Positions 59,390 through 64,000 of a DNA stretch of 64,000 bases are shown here, one piece after another; within the stretch, counting starts at the first letter, position 1; every line of letters starts with the position of its first letter. Where the stretch lies: contig CAXHJY010000645.1 of NCBI GenBank assembly GCA_964016885.1, positions 1 to 64,000 of the forward strand, in the 5' to 3' direction. Source of the DNA: Eledone cirrhosa. Taxonomy: Eukaryota. A program made the translations under genes and the position numbers. Under the pieces are notes generated by a model, which had not been told where the DNA came from, ran no database searches, and saw nothing but the letters and a program-made list of their open reading frames with translations.

Positions 59390-60440
59390 AGCTAGTGCTC
59401 CAGCATGGCCACAGTCTAATGACTGAAACTATAAAAAGAATAAGCACTGTGTTTGTATGTTTGACTAAATCTCTTGAAAGGAAAGCCCCAGCATGGCCCA
59501 CAGTCTTTATATGATTGACTAAATCTTTTCCTGGCGGTGCCCCAGCCTGGCCACAATCCAATAACTGAAACCAATAAATGAGTACTGTTTTTATAAGATG
59601 GACTAAATCTTTTCCTGGCCGTGCCCCAGCATGGCCACAATCTCATAACTGAAACCAATAAATGGGTACTGGGTTTATATGACCAACTAAATCTTTTCCT
59701 GGCGGTGCCCCAGCATGGCCACAATCTAATAACTGAAACCAATAAATGGGTACTGGGTTAATATGATTGACTAAATCTTTAGCTGGCGATGCCCCAGCAT
59801 GGCCACAATCTAATAACTGAAACCAATAAATAAATTAGTATTGGGTTTATATGACCAACTAAATCTTTTCCTGGTGGTGCCCCAGCATGGCCACAATCTA
59901 ATAACTGAAACCAATAAATGGGTACTGGGTTAATATGATTGACTAAATCTTTAGCTGGTGATGCCCCAGCATGGCCACAATCTAATAACTGAAACCAATA
60001 AATAAATTAGTATTGGGTTTATATGACCAACTAAATCTTTTCCTGGTGGTGCCCCAGCATGGCCACAATCTAATAACTGAAACCAATAAATGGGTACTGG
60101 GTTAATATGATTGACTAAATCTTTAGCTGGCGATGCCCCAGCATGGCCACAATCTAATAACTGAAACCAATAAATAAATTAGTATTGGGTTTATATGACC
60201 AACTAAATCTTTTCCTGGTGGTGCCCCAGCATGGCCACAATCTAATAACTGAAACCAATAAATAAATTAGTATTGGGTTTATATGACCAACTAAATCTTT
60301 TCCTGGTGGTGCCCCAGCATGGCCACAATCTAATAACTGAAACCAATAAATAAATTAGTATTGGGTTTATATGACCAACTAAATCTTTTCCTGGTGGTGC
60401 CCCAGCATGGCCACAGTCTAATAACTGAAACCAATAAATG
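59390..60440 (+). repeat. SINE-tail-derived 84/88-bp satellite, 13 copies
   Basis: CAGCATGGCC anchors spaced 88, 54, 84, 84, 84, 88, 84, 88, 84, 88, 88, 88. Confidence 0.95.
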
Positions 60441-61441
60441 AATGAAAGATCTATGGAATGCTAACAAACACTCAATGTGTTCCTTAAAATCTTAGTCGGG
60501 AGTTGTCATATTACCAGAGAGGTATAATAAAACATACTCACTATTTAGTTTGGATTTCACTTCAGTATATTTTTATATATCTATAATTAATTCAGTGAAC
60601 ATACAATGTTTATCAGTTAAAATATATAAATATATATATATATATAGTTTCTCAGAATTCTTTTGTCACACAACTGTGACACCATCAGTAATGTTTCTAT
60701 GATCCTCCCGTTGTATTGCTGTAATGTTTTCTTATTAAAAATTAATTTTTTTTCTTTTCTTTTCTTTTTTAATAGGCTCCTAATCTAATCTGGCCGAATT
60801 TACACTCGCAAATAACAACCAGGGCCGCCCCTAGGAACATTGGATTTGGTGTACTTCATATTTGTTTTGGTTGCTGAATACAATCAGGGGTCACTGCTTC
60901 TCCTGAAGGTCAATAATTCTCTTCTAACTCGAGAGGGAGCACATTTCCATATTTGATAAAACAAAAAAAAAAAAAGGATTATACAATTTAGAAAAAAGAT
61001 TACTTTTAAACATATGTTTGATAAACAATTTGAAATGATAAACTATTTGAAATAAAGAGTTTTCATACTCAGAGACATAACACGCTACCCGGATAGAATT
61101 TTCACCCTTTCACAAGATTGTCAGTTCAACACCCAAAGTCTTTGCCTTCACGGAGTCGTCCATGTTTCCAGAATTCTGGGGTAAGTAAAAAAAGTTTGAT
61201 TTTTTTTTCTTCATTTGTACCTTTCGTTTACTAACCATATATCTTGAATGGTGGACAGGGTTGTGGGGAGATTAAAAAAAAATATTACTGATTTTGTATA
61301 TATGCTTTTGTTGGTTTGTATTTAGTATTAACATTTCCTTCTGGCACTCCGTCGGTTGCGACGATGAGTGTTCCAGCTGATACAATATTTTTTCCAACTC
61401 CATCCCGCCCGTCCCCTAAATCTATCTTATTTCTCATTATT

Positions 61442-61477
61442 TCTTCTGATGAAGGACTAGCGTCCGAAACGTTAAGA
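61442..61477 (+). ncRNA. Minimal type I hammerhead ribozyme (F8)
   Basis: TCTT-CTGATGA-a-GGACtagcGTCC-GAAA-CG-TT-AAGA; AACGTT palindrome. Confidence 0.85.
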
Positions 61478-61571
61478 CCCTCTTCCTGCTATCTCAAGCG
61501 TTAACCTAATATATACCTTCCGTATGCTGTACCGATTGTGTTGTTATTTCTGTTTAGCTTTTACACACGCA

Positions 61572-61634
<63 letters not shown>

Positions 61635-61674
61635 GATATTAAATAAATGGAAACTATATTTATAAAACCATATT

Positions 61675-61739
61675 TATTTCATTATACATATTTCAGGGAT
61701 ACCACATTAAATTATGGTATGCCTTCATCAGACAAAATA
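61675..61739 (-). ncRNA. Minimal hammerhead ribozyme (F3)
   Basis: TATTTTGT-CTGATGA-AGGCATACCAT..GTGGTATCCCT-GAAA-TATGTA-TA-ATGAAATA. Confidence 0.8.
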
Positions 61740-61752
61740 CAATATATAACAG

Positions 61753-61799
<47 letters not shown>

Positions 61800-63739
61800 C
61801 TCTCTCTCTCTCTCTCTCTTTATATATATATATATAATGTGTCTATATATGTGTGTATATATATATATAATGTGTATATATATATATAGGATGCATATAT
61901 ATATATATATATAATGTGTATATATATATATATAGGATGCATATATATATATATATAATGTGTATATATATATATATAGGATGCATATATATATATATAT
62001 ATAATGTGTATATATATATATATATAGGATGCATATATATATATATATATATACATACATAATGTGTATATATATATATAGGATGCATATATATATATAT
62101 ATATATATATAATGTGTATATATAGGATGCATATGTATATATATATATATATACATATATGTGTGTGTATATATATATATAGGATGTACATATATGTGTA
62201 TATATATATATATAGGATGTATATATACATGATATATATATCTGTGTGTGTGTGTGTGCTTATATATATGTCTGTATATGTATGTACATGTATATGTCTG
62301 TGTATAGGGACCAGCGAGGGAACCGTCTCTCCTTTAGCTAGACTCGACCTGATAGAATTTACAACCGAAACCTCCTCATACCACCTCACACACACCCTGG
62401 CCCCTATTTTTTATGGTGGGTGCTGGGAGGTGGGAGGGAAAGAAATGGATGGACCCATTGTACTAGTTTTAGCGGAGGAAGGTGCTGGGGTGACTTGGGG
62501 CTAAACCACCACAGCAACAACAACAGCAAGGCAGACTGCAACTCACCCATTTACAACTTAACTCAGTCGACAGTAGCTCCATTAACAATGATAAGCTATT
62601 GAAAAAAATATATACAATAATTATAACAAACCCAACCACTACCCTTACACTAATACCAACACCACCACCACTACTACGCCATCACCACCACCACCACTAC
62701 ACCATCACCACCACCACCACACGCTCAACATCACTACTACACCATCACCACCACCACCACCACCACTAGACGCTCAACATCACCACCACACCATCACCAC
62801 TACCACCAACACCACCACCACTACCACCAACACCACCACCACTACCACCAACACCACCACCACTACTGCACGCACAACACCATTATCGCCACCACACTAC
62901 CACCACCACAACCAGCACCACTGCCACCACCACCACCACCACAACACCAACACCACTGCCACCACCACCACTGCCACCACCACTACACGCTCAAGATCAC
63001 CACCAACACCACCACCAGTACACCACCACCACTACACTCACAACACCATTCTCGCCACCACACTACCACCACCATAACCAACACCACCATCACCACTACT
63101 ACACCATCACCACCACCACTACACGCTCAACATCACCACCACAATCACTACACCACCAACACCACCACCACCACTACTGCTCGCACAACACAATTCTCGC
63201 CACCACACTGCCACCACCACTGCCACCACCACCACTACACGCTCAACATCACCACCAACACCACCACCAGTACACCACCACCACCACCACCACCACCACT
63301 ACCACTACACTCACAACACCATTCTCGCCACCACACTACCACCACCATAACCAACACCACCATCACCACCACCACCAATACTACCACTACCACAACACCA
63401 GCACCACTGCCACCACCAACATCGCTGCCACCACAACACCACCACCACCATCACCACTACCACCACCATTACTATCACCACCAACACCACCACCACACCT
63501 ATCACCACCATTACCACCACCACCACCACCACCACCACCACTACCACCACCACTACCACCACCACCACCACTACCACCACCACCACCACCACTACCACCA
63601 CCACCACCACCACCAATACCACCACCACCATTAACGATGATAAGCGATAGAAAAAAAAAATATACAATAACAATAGCAACGACAACAACAAACATAATAA
63701 ATATATTATCTGTAGCAGCAGCAGCAGCCATAACAATAT

Positions 63740-64000
63740 TAACAGTAACAACAACAGTAACAACAACAGTAACAACGACAGTAACAACAACAGTAACAAC
63801 AACAGTAACAGCAACGACAGTAAAAACAACAGTAACAACAGTAACAACAACTAACAACAACAGTAACAACTAACAACAACAGTAACAACAACGACAACAG
63901 TAACAACAGTAACAACTAACAACAGTAACAACAGGAACAGTAACAACAGTAACAACAACAGTAACAACTAACAACAACAGTAACAACAGGAACAGTAACA
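63740..64000. repeat. (AAC)n-AGT compound microsatellite
   Basis: AACAACAGT repeats to the window end. Confidence 0.95.

Overview
AT-rich, microsatellite-saturated eukaryotic intergenic or intronic DNA, most likely octopus. The organism call is inferred from tRNA-derived SINE families I recall from Octopus. No convincing full protein-coding gene is present, and nearly all long ORFs are translations of simple repeats. Two structured systems stand out. (1) At least 12 type I hammerhead ribozyme (HHR) motifs with intact catalytic cores, in about 8 sequence families. Most lie in short, often fold-back, (TA)n-flanked elements with the architecture of Penelope-like element (PLE) pseudo-LTR remnants. 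They show compensatory base changes between copies, palindromic stem III, a U3-A8 core variant and a shared 3' tail stem-loop. A PLE ORF fragment lies at 21.7-22.0 kb. (2) An 8.7-kb macrosatellite (35961-44623) of six 1.3-1.55 kb units. Each unit is an internally deleted L1/Tx1-type LINE remnant sitting in the head of a tRNA-SINE. Each carries a 26-bp VNTR (7, 8, 5, 3, 13, 7 copies) derived from ORF2 coding sequence, and the units are recombinant mosaics. Also present: SINE-derived satellites (71 bp; 84/88 bp with a 172-bp higher-order repeat), hAT-type MITEs, ETS/YY1 motif islands and two weak candidate exons.
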